A stretch of DNA of 64,000 nucleotides from Candidatus Scalinduaceae bacterium (GCA_046759445.1 JBHICG010000001.1:1-64000), one strand, 5' to 3'; positions 8,504 through 18,933 are shown, counted from the stretch's first letter. Notes: a model not told the origin generated them from the sequence alone. Numbers and translations are program-made.

Positions 8504-10579
8504 TTACTCACTGTCGCCAAATAATTCTTCTATCACTTGCTTTGCATCTTTTTGTTGTCCTTTGCTTTTTTTACCAACACGTACTTTTTTTCTTACAACA
8601 CCTTTGCGTTTTAATACAAATAATACTATGAGACCAATACCAAAAACAAATATTATTAGTCCGATAGGAATTCTGGATTTCCGTTTTCCTGGTTCCTTTG
8701 TCGGTAACCTTTGAGAAATCTTTTCTCTAACCTCATTTACGTATCTATTCTCTGGATATTTAGCAACAAATTTCTTATATGCCCTTAAGGTATTTTTTTT
8801 ATGATAGTATTCGTAATTCAGTTGATCGATCCTGAGCCTTGCCACTTCTCTATATTCGCTTTCAGGATATTTCTTGATAAATTCTTCGTAAGCAGCGACA
8901 GTTCCAGTCTTCTTAACACTGTCAAAGACCAATTCCTCTATTCTGTTTCTTGCCGCTTGAGAAAGTTTTCCGTTAGGATGCGTCATTAGAAATTTTTCGT
9001 ATGATTTAATGGTATCTACGTCTTTAGCAACATTGAATTCCAATACCTCAATGCCATCAATGGCTTTCTGATAATGGTCACCTTGTGGGAATTTACTTAT
9101 AAAATCATGATATGCCTGTTTTGTGTTTACTTTGGCTGCAATATTAAAAGATAGTTCCTCAATTCTTGTCTTTGCCTCTTGCGCATACAAGCCATCTGGA
9201 TATTTTTGCAGATAATCCTCGTGCATCTTAATGGCTTCAACGTCATTATCAGCTTCATATGCTTTTTTAAAATATAATTCTTCTATCCTATTTTTTACGA
9301 GTTCAATACGCTCTTCATTAGTTTCATTTCCTAAATGTTCAACCAGTAATTCAGTATCTTTACTATTTAACAATGTAGTGAATTTTCTTTCATCAATCTT
9401 TCTTATCGCATCTTCAACATATTTGCCATTAGGATATTCGTCCAGATATTTTCTATACGAGTCTACAGTGTCTTTACTTTTGGCCTGCTCATATTTTAAG
9501 TCTTCAATCGTTTGCCTTGCATCAGTTACAAACTTACCTTGAGGATATTCAGCTGTGTATCTCTCCAAAGATGTAATATTCTTCTCATATTTGGCCTGAG
9601 CAAACGTCAATTCCTCAATCCGTATTTTGGCCTTTTCTAGAAAAGTGCTTTCAGGATTATTGTTTATCCAGGCCCTTAATCTATCAATATTATTAAGAAA
9701 GCCCTCATCCTGGAACGTTAGTTGATCTAACTTTAACTTTACTTCCTCTGCATATTTGCCATCAGGATATTTTTTCAGATACATTGAGTAACCACTAATC
9801 GTATCTTCCTCCTTAGCTAGCTCGTAATATATGTTATCGGCTCTTTCTTTGGCATCAGAAGCAAAACGAGAATCTGGATATAGGTCGACAAACCTTTCAT
9901 ACTGTGCTGCTTTCCCTGCAAGGCTAGTTTCAATAGCTTCTTTTTCTTTCTGTATAATCTTTAATACATCTTTTCCTCGAATCCATCCCAAACCAGTGGA
10001 AGGAACATTGATCTGGTACCAATTATCATTAAGGTTTAATAATCTAAATTCGTTCGTATGACTGGTTGTTTTATATATGCCATAGGAATATTTTTGTGGT
10101 TCTTTGAATACTTTTTTATACGGCTTAACAATTATGTAGACAGGGACCTTTGGTTTCTCTATCGATTCAAATTTCTTTAGAGTTGCCCGATCTATACTCT
10201 TTCTTGTATTTGTAATTAAGGTGTTAAATTCCTTTAATTCTTCACGAGTACCCGTTGGTGTTATACCTCCAGCTAAAGTAATAACGTTTTTGTACATGGA
10301 AATTGCTTTATCATAGTCATGCATTACATCTTCTAAGATGAGTCCTAGTTGATAGTATGGCTCAAGGTTTTCAGGTTCTTTTTTGATTGACTTAGTAAAT
10401 TCTGTAATTGCTGAAGCATAATCACCATCAGCCTTCAACTGTTTGCCATTTTTTATTAACGAACCACTAAGTAATTCTTTCAGAAAGTCTTGTGCCGTAG
10501 CGTGATTTTGTGAAATACAAAATGAAAGAATTGATAATAGGATAGATAATAGCAATGAAGTTGGTATGCGCGTTCCCAT
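8504..10579 (-). CDS. Exported TPR/SH3-like helical-repeat protein with C-terminal membrane anchor
   Basis: Signal peptide, TPR, WYQI...GWI SH3-like motif, many YxxYLxxYPxGxYxxxA repeats, TM helix and basic tail. Confidence 0.8.
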   Translation of the reverse strand: MGTRIPTSLLLSILLSILSFCISQNHATAQDFLKELLSGSLIKNGKQLKADGDYASAITEFTKSIKKEPENLEPYYQLGLILEDVMHDYDKAISMYKNVITLAGGITPTGTREELKEFNTLITNTRKSIDRATLKKFESIEKPKVPVYIIVKPYKKVFKEPQKYSYGIYKTTSHTNEFRLLNLNDNWYQINVPSTGLGWIRGKDVLKIIQKEKEAIETSLAGKAAQYERFVDLYPDSRFASDAKERADNIYYELAKEEDTISGYSMYLKKYPDGKYAEEVKLKLDQLTFQDEGFLNNIDRLRAWINNNPESTFLEKAKIRIEELTFAQAKYEKNITSLERYTAEYPQGKFVTDARQTIEDLKYEQAKSKDTVDSYRKYLDEYPNGKYVEDAIRKIDERKFTTLLNSKDTELLVEHLGNETNEERIELVKNRIEELYFKKAYEADNDVEAIKMHEDYLQKYPDGLYAQEAKTRIEELSFNIAAKVNTKQAYHDFISKFPQGDHYQKAIDGIEVLEFNVAKDVDTIKSYEKFLMTHPNGKLSQAARNRIEELVFDSVKKTGTVAAYEEFIKKYPESEYREVARLRIDQLNYEYYHKKNTLRAYKKFVAKYPENRYVNEVREKISQRLPTKEPGKRKSRIPIGLIIFVFGIGLIVLFVLKRKGVVRKKVRVGKKSKGQQKDAKQVIEELFGDSE

Positions 10580-10969
10580 TTATTTTTTCCAGCCTTCTAA
10601 ATTTCTTTCTCTGCAAGATTGCCTATAGAAAATAGATCAATAATATTGCTATCAAAATAAAACATTTTTTTCTTTTGTCAAATAAAACAAACTCTGATTT
10701 TAAATACACTTATATACAAAGAAATTTTTATACAAACTCTATTGAATTTAGGCTTGTTTTTAGTGTAAAAAAATGTTATCTTTCGAAATGGTTAGTTATA
10801 AAAATATGTAACTAATAAGTGCCTTGTCGATACTTTGTTGAATCTGCTGTAAAACACGATGATTAACTAGGTATTATATGGTTTTATCCGTGTGTTACTA
10901 GTTAGCATTTCAGTTTTTTAAATATAATAAATACATTTTTAAAGATTTACAAATATTAGGGCGCTTTAT

Positions 10970-12982
10970 ATGAATCAAAATATATACTGCTTCGTAAGTT
11001 GTGAAACTCGTGAAGAAATAATACAGAAACATCAAAATGATAAAGATGTAGTTTCCATTTACCACGTGTGTGGGCGCAGTCCTTGGTTTGTTATATACAG
11101 AATAAACTCAATATCCAATTTTTTAAAAAGAAATGATATTTCAAGATTAGGCATAAAGCATGTGGCACTTGCAGAGGGTAATAGAATTCTTGAATTGAAT
11201 GAAACGAATAATCTGAGCTTTGTATTTGCTACATATATAGATAATTTGATTAACTTTAAAAAAGAACTGTGTAAGCACATCCAAAAAAGTAAAACCACAT
11301 TCAAGATGCAAGATCATATACAATTATTTGGTGCCTTCAAAAATTTATTTATAATTAGTTCTAAGAGAGTCAGTGGCATAAACTCCTTTTTACAATTTTG
11401 CCAAGATCAAAACGTAACAACAAGTACCAAATGTGTTTTGGAAGTTGTTAAACCACCTGCAGATACACAGGTAAAAGAAAATGAAAATAATGTACACGAT
11501 TTGAAATTGTTTAAAGCAGAGCAATACTTTCAAGGGACTACTATTATGACTAACTATCACCTAAGAAATAGAGGTCTACATTTCATAACGTTGCAGAAAG
11601 AAAGCCAAGTAGAGGTTCTAGAGAATGAGTTAGGAAAAAAGTTTATCAATTTGAGCCGTAAAACAGAAATACCGAGGATGCTATGTTTGCCTGAGTTAGA
11701 TAAGACTTTACATGATAAAAAAGAATTATATCTTGAGAATGATTTAATTAACAGATATTCTGTAAAGTTAAGTCGTAGGGGGTGGTTAAAATTTTTATTT
11801 TTTTTCAAGGCGAAAGCTGGTAAAAAAAAAGCTCTGGAGAGTGTTCTGTGTGAAGAAATTTTGGGTGTTTCACAGTATAAATTTGCAAGAATTTTATATC
11901 ATATGACCGGTGAATATGATTTTATGATTCCGTTAGATTGTGCAGACATGCAGCATTTGAGAAAAGTAATTCGAGATTTCTGGCAATATAAACAAGAAAT
12001 ATCTATAAAATTCGAACATAATTTAATTATTCCAGATGAGATAAAACCAAAAGTTAGTTATTACCGTGAAAGACAGCTTCTAGCTTGCAAAGGAAATATG
12101 AGTGAATATGAACGAGGTCGTTTAATTGGTTTAAACCAATCCTCTCTGTCTATAAGAGCGATAAGTGAACTATTTAATCAGTCTCAGAAATCATTAGGTA
12201 CTACAGACTTGTTGGAAAACTCTATGCTAAGCATTACTGAGCCTTATCCTGATGAAACAGTTTCAACAGAGGAGGGATTGCTGAAAATGATAGACTTGTA
12301 TATAATTCGCGCATTATTAATAAATGCAACGTATTTTGAAGAATTTGAAACTAAACTCAAGAACAAGCTTTTGCCAGAACTAGAAAAACATCAGATTACA
12401 AAAAAACCATTTTATGAGCGTGAAAGATATAGCCCAAGAGACGACTTTTTATTTCATTCGATATCTCGTGAAAAAGAAATTTCACAAGGGCATGTGAAAA
12501 ACTATATAGAAGATTATAATAACCTCAAGGAAAAAGGGATTTTCCCAAATATAGAATTTAATGATGATGTATTAATCAATACACTTCATAGAATAGAGTG
12601 TGAAAATCCTGATCATCGCAACGAAATAGCAAAATATATATCAAAAGAAATAGAAAACTTTGATTTGATCTCAAATATCTATTTGCCTATACGTAGCCCT
12701 TCTATATTGTTATGCATATTAAGAACACTTAATAATAAAAAACTGAAGAAATTCATAACGGATCTATATGGGCAAGGATGCAAAAGAATTGAGTATAACA
12801 TTATTCTTAGGCAGAATTACTACTCTGAGAAATTGTATGGTAGTATAAGGTGTAAACCTTGCTTTTATTTTGCAGACAGTTTGGGAAAGAGTCCTGGTAG
12901 AATTAAGTGTGGGAATTGCATAAGATATTTAGCTCCTCGATATAAAGGTTCTGCTTTACAAATAGAGGATGCAACATTATAG
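10970..12982 (+). CDS. Multi-domain protein with Lrp/AsnC ligand-binding-like repeats and C-terminal Cys cluster
   Basis: ILYHMTGEYDFMI and SIYHVCGRSPWFV resemble AsnC/RAM beta-hairpins; CKPC...CGNC at the C-terminus. Confidence 0.55.
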   Translation: MNQNIYCFVSCETREEIIQKHQNDKDVVSIYHVCGRSPWFVIYRINSISNFLKRNDISRLGIKHVALAEGNRILELNETNNLSFVFATYIDNLINFKKELCKHIQKSKTTFKMQDHIQLFGAFKNLFIISSKRVSGINSFLQFCQDQNVTTSTKCVLEVVKPPADTQVKENENNVHDLKLFKAEQYFQGTTIMTNYHLRNRGLHFITLQKESQVEVLENELGKKFINLSRKTEIPRMLCLPELDKTLHDKKELYLENDLINRYSVKLSRRGWLKFLFFFKAKAGKKKALESVLCEEILGVSQYKFARILYHMTGEYDFMIPLDCADMQHLRKVIRDFWQYKQEISIKFEHNLIIPDEIKPKVSYYRERQLLACKGNMSEYERGRLIGLNQSSLSIRAISELFNQSQKSLGTTDLLENSMLSITEPYPDETVSTEEGLLKMIDLYIIRALLINATYFEEFETKLKNKLLPELEKHQITKKPFYERERYSPRDDFLFHSISREKEISQGHVKNYIEDYNNLKEKGIFPNIEFNDDVLINTLHRIECENPDHRNEIAKYISKEIENFDLISNIYLPIRSPSILLCILRTLNNKKLKKFITDLYGQGCKRIEYNIILRQNYYSEKLYGSIRCKPCFYFADSLGKSPGRIKCGNCIRYLAPRYKGSALQIEDATL

Positions 12983-12986
12983 CACA

Positions 12987-13973
12987 ATGAAAACAGCCAT
13001 CATTGGTATAAATTTAGATTTTATAGAATATTTAACTATTGAAAATAAATTTGTCCAAGACAATGATAGGAGAGAAAAAGCCATTAGAAAATTAGAAAGT
13101 GTTTACAGTAAAGATATCAGTATACTAAAGAATGATTATGAACAAAAACTTAAAGAAAGCTTTGCTGAAAAATACATGGAGCTTTTGTCTATAATTGCAA
13201 AAGAGATCGTCGAAGCAAAAGTGGAGTTTGCAGTCTTTCCGGAATATACTTTGCCACAAAGTTTTCTACATCCTCTACTTAATCAATTGCAAGAAATTGA
13301 AGAAAACGCTTGTTTTGTGCTCGGCACACATCTTGATAGAGATAATTTCAATGTTAGCCCAATTGTATTCCTTAACAAAAGTGAAAATACAAAAAAGATA
13401 TACTATCAATACAAAAACTATTTATCTCGAATAGAAAACGCAATTGGTTCAGCTAAAAGATCTGGCTATGGTATTCTTAAATTTCATAATGTGGGCTCTT
13501 GTAAATATAATTTTGAAGTTTTGATCTGTTCCGATGCTTTTTGCAATATCCAACCTATCATAGGAGATATTGATTTTGTAGCATTACCATGTTTCAACCC
13601 TTCTGCAATGTTTATAGGTCATGTTCAAGATGAGCTGAAATTATTCAAACGTATTAAAGGTGAGCTAAAAAAATACAATGTTATTGGACTATATTCAAAC
13701 ACTATAAATGAAGGTGACTTATGCTCGCAATACTTGGTGGAAGACTTATGTAGAGTTCCACCCTTAGATACGACGAAAACACATAGCCCATCCGCTATAA
13801 AGGAAGGTGCAACAGAAAATGATTCTCAGGCCATTGAAATGGTACCAACCGAGAACAAGATGTTTAAAGGTATCACATATAGAATTCAGTTTGCTAAAAT
13901 TGATGTGAAAAAGCTTAGGAAATTGAGATTTTCTACTAAATCTCGTTGGGAGAAAAAAGACGAGTTGTCCTAG
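12987..13973 (+). CDS. Carbon-nitrogen hydrolase (nitrilase-fold) protein
   Basis: Catalytic triad motifs FAVFPEY, YQYKNYL and VLICSD; likely start MKTAIIG just after the upstream stop. Confidence 0.75.
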   Translation: MKTAIIGINLDFIEYLTIENKFVQDNDRREKAIRKLESVYSKDISILKNDYEQKLKESFAEKYMELLSIIAKEIVEAKVEFAVFPEYTLPQSFLHPLLNQLQEIEENACFVLGTHLDRDNFNVSPIVFLNKSENTKKIYYQYKNYLSRIENAIGSAKRSGYGILKFHNVGSCKYNFEVLICSDAFCNIQPIIGDIDFVALPCFNPSAMFIGHVQDELKLFKRIKGELKKYNVIGLYSNTINEGDLCSQYLVEDLCRVPPLDTTKTHSPSAIKEGATENDSQAIEMVPTENKMFKGITYRIQFAKIDVKKLRKLRFSTKSRWEKKDELS

Positions 13974-14188
13974 GAAGATAGGATTACGTATGTAGTATAT
14001 ATAAGTTGAAGTGGATAGATCATGACTTTAAGAGAGATTATGACATCTCTGATTTGCCACTATTAAAGATTGATATGTGAATTTTTAAACAAATACACTT
14101 TTTCAAGTGGCAAATACCGTTATTAGCATTTTATTTATAGATAATCCTTTTTTCAATTTGTTTAAAAAATCCTTCAAAAGGTTGCCGC

Positions 14189-15766
14189 TTATCTCTTTCC
14201 CACCAAAGACTCAACTAACCCTTTAATTACCATATACTGTTCTGAAAGGGTAAAGTTAATAATCTGTTCGAAAACATCCTCTTTGGTGACCCCAGTAGGA
14301 TGATTTTCGAACACTCTTCCTATATCTTCTTTGAGTAGAAATGAGAAAGGAGAGTTCAGTTTTACATCTACTATCGCCTTATTTTGCACATAAATCTTGT
14401 CAAAGACAGCCTTAATGAGATTCTTTCTCTGTTCATAGTTGAACCTCTGATGGAGATATAAGAGCATACTGGCCACTGTGATACACTTATCAAGAAAATC
14501 CAAAGGATCATCATAGTCCACTTCAAGTTGACTGAGTCTTGATTCTGCCTCTTTCTTTTTCTCTGTATATTTTTTATCCATCCTTTCATAGATATCCCTT
14601 CGAACTTTCCCTTCTAACATCTCATCTAATAGTTTAATCTCCTTATCTTCCAAGTCTTCAATGATTTTTTTTGAGTTTTTTATCTCCTTTTGCGCGATTT
14701 TCTTTCTCTTCTTAGCAATCTCCTGCATCTCTACCTTCAAAAGCTCTAAAAGCTTTTTGGATGGTTGTAATCTTTCATAAAGTGCCTCTAATTGACTGTC
14801 AAGGAGCTTTACAGGGGTATAGGGTTGAGAGCATTTCTCTTTGTGTATATTAGGCAGACAGCGATAATAACTTCCTCTAGGGTGGATTTCACCTGTTAAC
14901 TTTCTATTACAGAACTGACAATAAGTAATACCTCTTAAGAGGAATTCTAATTTTCCTTTCTCTCCTGTATCCACACTCCTTTTCTTCAAAACCTCTTGTA
15001 CCCGGTAGAATAGATCTTTAGGAATAATAGCTTTGTGTATTCCCTTGTACTCCTTTCCCTGCCATACCAGCCTGCTGATGTAGAATCTTTTTGTTAAGAG
15101 TTTCTTCATTAATTCTGGACTGTAAATTCTGCCGTATCTTGTCTTCAGCCCTCTTGAATGCATTTCCTCAGCTAGGGTATTAAGCGAATAATTGCCAGTC
15201 GAAAAAAGCTCAAAAGCCTGTCTGACTAAGGGAACTGTCTTTTGGTCAGGCAGATGCTTGCTTCGCCCGTCCTCTCCTTTGATACTTTTGTAGCCAATAG
15301 GAGGCTTGTGGGGCCACTCTCCTTTTTTGAGTTTAGCCAGATTAGACTTCTTGATCTCCTCCCCTAGGTTGGCACTATACCATTCAGAGATACTAGCAAT
15401 AATATTTTCAAGGAGATGTCCTACAGGATTATCGTCAAAAGGTTCTGTGACCGAGGCAAGCTTAATCCCTTTCTGTTTTAGGACGGCCTTGATAGTAGCA
15501 TAGTCTATAAGATTTCTGGCCAAACGGTCTATCTTATGGACAATAACTATGTCTACACCTTTGTTTCCCTTACAATGTTGAATAAGGTTCTTTAATTCGG
15601 GACGATTTGCTGTTGTAGCTGATTCACCTTCATCAACATAATGACCAACAACCTTCCAACTATTCCTTTTGGCGTATTCTCTCATTGCTTCAATCTGGGC
15701 TGGTATGGAGAGGTCTTTTTGTGCTTGTTTGTCCGTAGAGACACGGGCATAGAGAAGGCAATTCAT
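14189..15766 (-). CDS. Large serine recombinase
   Basis: YARVST, VHKIDRLARN, recombinase domain, Zn ribbon YCQFC...YYRC, coiled coil. Confidence 0.95.
   Translation of the reverse strand: MNCLLYARVSTDKQAQKDLSIPAQIEAMREYAKRNSWKVVGHYVDEGESATTANRPELKNLIQHCKGNKGVDIVIVHKIDRLARNLIDYATIKAVLKQKGIKLASVTEPFDDNPVGHLLENIIASISEWYSANLGEEIKKSNLAKLKKGEWPHKPPIGYKSIKGEDGRSKHLPDQKTVPLVRQAFELFSTGNYSLNTLAEEMHSRGLKTRYGRIYSPELMKKLLTKRFYISRLVWQGKEYKGIHKAIIPKDLFYRVQEVLKKRSVDTGEKGKLEFLLRGITYCQFCNRKLTGEIHPRGSYYRCLPNIHKEKCSQPYTPVKLLDSQLEALYERLQPSKKLLELLKVEMQEIAKKRKKIAQKEIKNSKKIIEDLEDKEIKLLDEMLEGKVRRDIYERMDKKYTEKKKEAESRLSQLEVDYDDPLDFLDKCITVASMLLYLHQRFNYEQRKNLIKAVFDKIYVQNKAIVDVKLNSPFSFLLKEDIGRVFENHPTGVTKEDVFEQIINFTLSEQYMVIKGLVESLVGKR
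14265..14313. repeat. Putative att (attP-like) site: imperfect inverted repeat around a tRNA-3'-end-like core
   Basis: tgttcgaaaacatcct - ctttggtgaccccagt - aggatgattttcgaaca; minus-strand core TGGGGTCACCA. Confidence 0.6.
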
Positions 15767-16257
15767 GAAAGAGTATTAATTGAATTAAGATATGACTTAG
15801 TGGATAGTGGATATTTATTCAAGCATAGATGAAAATAAAGTCAATGCCTGATAAGGTGGTATATGATGGGAGAATTTGCTGAAAGAAGTGATTTTGGTGC
15901 GCCCTGGTATACAACGTTAGAACTTTTTTTGAGAGGTTGAGTGAGGAAGCTGGTATTGTTAGAGACAACTTGGCTAAGTTGAAAGGAATCCAATCTAATA
16001 GAGTCCGCTCATTGAAGTTCTGTGCAATCGAAGAATAGATTTTAAAAAATAATTGATGTTTTAGATCGCCTTGTTTAACATGTATATGTAAAAGTAATTG
16101 AGTTAGGGAAAAAATTGCAACCTGATAGTTTGAGCGATGAAGAAATAAGAAAGATATTTGAGCAGCATATAGAGCTTAATATATTAAGTTACATTGATCT
16201 CTTTTTTCTTGTGGTTATTTCGTTATACAATTATATTGTGGGCAAGGGGGGAAACGA

Positions 16258-17097
16258 ATGAATGATGAAACCTATGAACATAAAATAATCGCGAGGCTTA
16301 TTGTGTCGATTGCAATAGTAGCAATTATTGCACTTATTGTTGTTTATGTATATACGGAGTATAATGAAAAATATCGTATTTACAAACTATTATATAATGC
16401 GATTCCAAGTGCAGTAGTTGCTTTAGCTGCAACACCGATTTTATATTTTTTATTTATAAAAAGAAGATTTATGTTTTCAAAATCAAATGTAAATCTTGAT
16501 AAAGATATTATCAGTAATAAAATTATAAAAGAAATATCTATGGAAAGATTCTCACAAATAATTAATTTTCACGAATCCTATCGCCATATAGACTGGCATA
16601 AACTCTTAAAGGAAAGTAGTTCAACTATTGATATAATTGTTTACTACTACGATTCTTGGGTTAATAGTAATTATGACGATATTACTTCGTTCTTTAGAAA
16701 ACCAGGTACTTCCATGAGAGTTTTTGTAGCTAACCCTAATGATTCTTTTATTTTTTCTACAATACACCGACTTTTCCCAGATTCTGGAAAAGAAGCTATA
16801 AAGGAAAAAGTTTCCAAAACAGGAGAGCGTTTAGCAAAAGCATTGAAGACAGCAGGTGGAGATTCTGAAAGACTTGAGTTTTATTATGTACCTCATATAC
16901 TAAATTACTCAGCACAATGTATAGATGGAAAAATTCTCATTCTCTCAATTTTTGAAATGTTTCGCGAATCAAGAATTGATTCCCCTGCTATATTAATCGA
17001 CCTAAGCAAATCCAAGCATATAACTAACTTTTGGCACAAGGAATTAAAAGGCATTCTAAACGAGTCGGAAAAAGTGGATATTAAGTTAAGTAGCTAA
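16258..17097 (+). CDS. 2-TM protein with C-terminal DUF5919/PLD-like alpha-beta domain
   Basis: Two N-terminal TM helices; IDWHKLLKESSSTIDIIVYY...MRVFVANP pattern. Confidence 0.6.
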   Translation: MNDETYEHKIIARLIVSIAIVAIIALIVVYVYTEYNEKYRIYKLLYNAIPSAVVALAATPILYFLFIKRRFMFSKSNVNLDKDIISNKIIKEISMERFSQIINFHESYRHIDWHKLLKESSSTIDIIVYYYDSWVNSNYDDITSFFRKPGTSMRVFVANPNDSFIFSTIHRLFPDSGKEAIKEKVSKTGERLAKALKTAGGDSERLEFYYVPHILNYSAQCIDGKILILSIFEMFRESRIDSPAILIDLSKSKHITNFWHKELKGILNESEKVDIKLSS

Positions 17098-17136
17098 AAA
17101 CACATTAACTCAACCATCAGTGGATTTTATCTTAAA

Positions 17137-17163
17137 AAAGGAGATGCCTTTGACATCTCCTTT
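17137..17163. terminator. Terminator between convergent genes
   Basis: Stem aaaggagatg / catctccttt with A and T tracts. Confidence 0.7.
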
Positions 17164-17185
17164 GTTCCTTTCTACCTTTTTGTTT

Positions 17186-18214
17186 CTAAAAAGAACTTCT
17201 CTCCATAAGGGATAAAGCTCTATCCCCATTTCTCTCTTCATCTAAATTCTTAAACTTCTCTCTTGGAAGGGCTATCAATTTGCCGCCCAGTCTCTCAAGT
17301 TCAATACTTTCCTCCCAACTCTCCTCCATCTGTGCTGCCCTGGTCACGGCATTGGCAATGCCATATTTATCATACTCAGGTTCTGCCCCAAAGGCCATAA
17401 GGATGTTTTCCTTCTGTGTCTCACTCAACCGGTAATGTTCAACAACATTGTTTATCACTCTCTGGGGATTATTGATCTTAATCTCTGTCGTCTCCCGTAA
17501 GGTCTGGATTATATTCCCAAACTGCCCAAAGAGTTCCCTGATAGATCTTCTTATAGAAAGGTAAACCACCTCATCAAGCTCGCCGTCTCCATTGCCAAGA
17601 TGTACCTGTCTGGTCTTAAACTCTTCAATGACCATTCCATTGGAACACTGAACTCTAAATAGTCTCGGTTCAATCCTTAACGCCTTGTGTCCAGTTTCAG
17701 AATTAGTAAGGAGAAACCCTCCGATTAACAGGTCGTCTTTGTGTCTGACAAAGTCTCTTAACCTATTGCTCTTTACCTTGACATTCACCTCTATCTCAGA
17801 GAGAAAGCAATCCTCTACTTCAGCATTATGGGCCTGTAGCTCGTTCAAAGAACAGTAAAGGATATCAAGGTGATCAATGACCTTGTATCTGTCACTGAGT
17901 AGGGCCCTGACAGAGCCATCAAGTCCCCGAATAAAAAAGTCTTTTTCAGCCTTCTTTATCCATGTATTTACGTTCCTGGCCAGAAGCTCAGGGGACTCGC
18001 TTTCCATCTTATGGTAGTACTTTGTTGGTATTTCCAGCCTTTCGGCTATCTGACTGTGACAAGGCTTGGTGATTGAAAAATGGTTATCACCGTTGATTCG
18101 AAACCCTACCTGATTTTCTGACAATACCATCTCTAATTGAGATGAATTGATCCTCTTATCCCACTTGAGTGGTTTTTGCCTTTCCAGTTCTTCAATTAAA
18201 GTCTGTAATTTCAT
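17186..18214 (-). CDS. DUF932-like mobile-element protein
   Basis: RALLSDRYKVIDH, GFLLTNSETGH and RVQCSNGM motifs. Confidence 0.8.
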   Translation of the reverse strand: MKLQTLIEELERQKPLKWDKRINSSQLEMVLSENQVGFRINGDNHFSITKPCHSQIAERLEIPTKYYHKMESESPELLARNVNTWIKKAEKDFFIRGLDGSVRALLSDRYKVIDHLDILYCSLNELQAHNAEVEDCFLSEIEVNVKVKSNRLRDFVRHKDDLLIGGFLLTNSETGHKALRIEPRLFRVQCSNGMVIEEFKTRQVHLGNGDGELDEVVYLSIRRSIRELFGQFGNIIQTLRETTEIKINNPQRVINNVVEHYRLSETQKENILMAFGAEPEYDKYGIANAVTRAAQMEESWEESIELERLGGKLIALPREKFKNLDEERNGDRALSLMERSSF

Positions 18215-18386
18215 CTCTCATACTCCTTTCTGGATTTGGTTGTTTAGGTTCAGTCTCTGTACCCTCCATTCCATCTAAGACATTCCCTAAAATCTCATTG
18301 ACCAAGGTGGTCATATAAATGCCTCTTGCCTTGGCTATTTCATAAATCCTGGGAATCAACTCAGGATTTATCTTTGGACTGTACAT
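18192..18386 (-). CDS. Small RHH-like DNA-binding protein
   Basis: MYSPKINPELIPRIYEIAKARGIYMTTLVNEIL; SD ggaggg. Confidence 0.65.
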   Translation of the reverse strand: MYSPKINPELIPRIYEIAKARGIYMTTLVNEILGNVLDGMEGTETEPKQPNPERSMRDEITDFN

Positions 18387-18518
18387 AGCTCCCTCCTAAT
18401 ATTTGTTTTTTAATGTACCATTGTTTTTGGCAGAAAGTATCTATCTCCAGTGTAAGGAAGCTATGGAGAAACAAAAAGGAGGGTATATTTACCGCTTGAG
18501 TCAAATACACCTTAGCCC

Positions 18519-18547
18519 TTGACAACCATCCATAACTCACTTAAACT
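18519..18547 (+). promoter_or_regulatory. Sigma70-type promoter of TA operon
   Basis: TTGACA - 17 nt - TAAACT. Confidence 0.65.
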
Positions 18548-18660
18548 GTAAATAGTTAAGGGTACATTTAGGGTCGATAGAATCCTGTGTAGGAGGGTAA
18601 AATAAAGGGCTTATGCTAAAATATCAATTAACAAAATTTATAAAAGGAGGAACAAAGAAA

Positions 18661-18933
18661 ATGGTAAAAAGGGTGAATCTTGACAGCGTCGATGAAAAGA
18701 TAAGAAAGTTTTTAAAGAAACTAAAGGTAGAGGAAGATCAGTATATCTTGGAAATATCAGGTAAGCCTTTAATCGGTGTGGTTCCACCTTGGCAGGTGGG
18801 AAATGTAAACCAGAAAAAAGCTGATCTTCTCTCACTGCTAAAGGATGTCTGGGCAAAAACCAGTGACATTCCTGAAGAAAAGGTTGAAAAAGAAGTAGAG
18901 GATGCAGTAAAGGCAGTGAGGAAGAGCCTATGA
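18661..18933 (+). CDS. Antitoxin (Phd/YefM-like)
   Basis: YILEISGKPLIGVVP; ATGA overlap with the PIN toxin; SD aaggagg before MVKRV. Confidence 0.75.
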   Translation: MVKRVNLDSVDEKIRKFLKKLKVEEDQYILEISGKPLIGVVPPWQVGNVNQKKADLLSLLKDVWAKTSDIPEEKVEKEVEDAVKAVRKSL

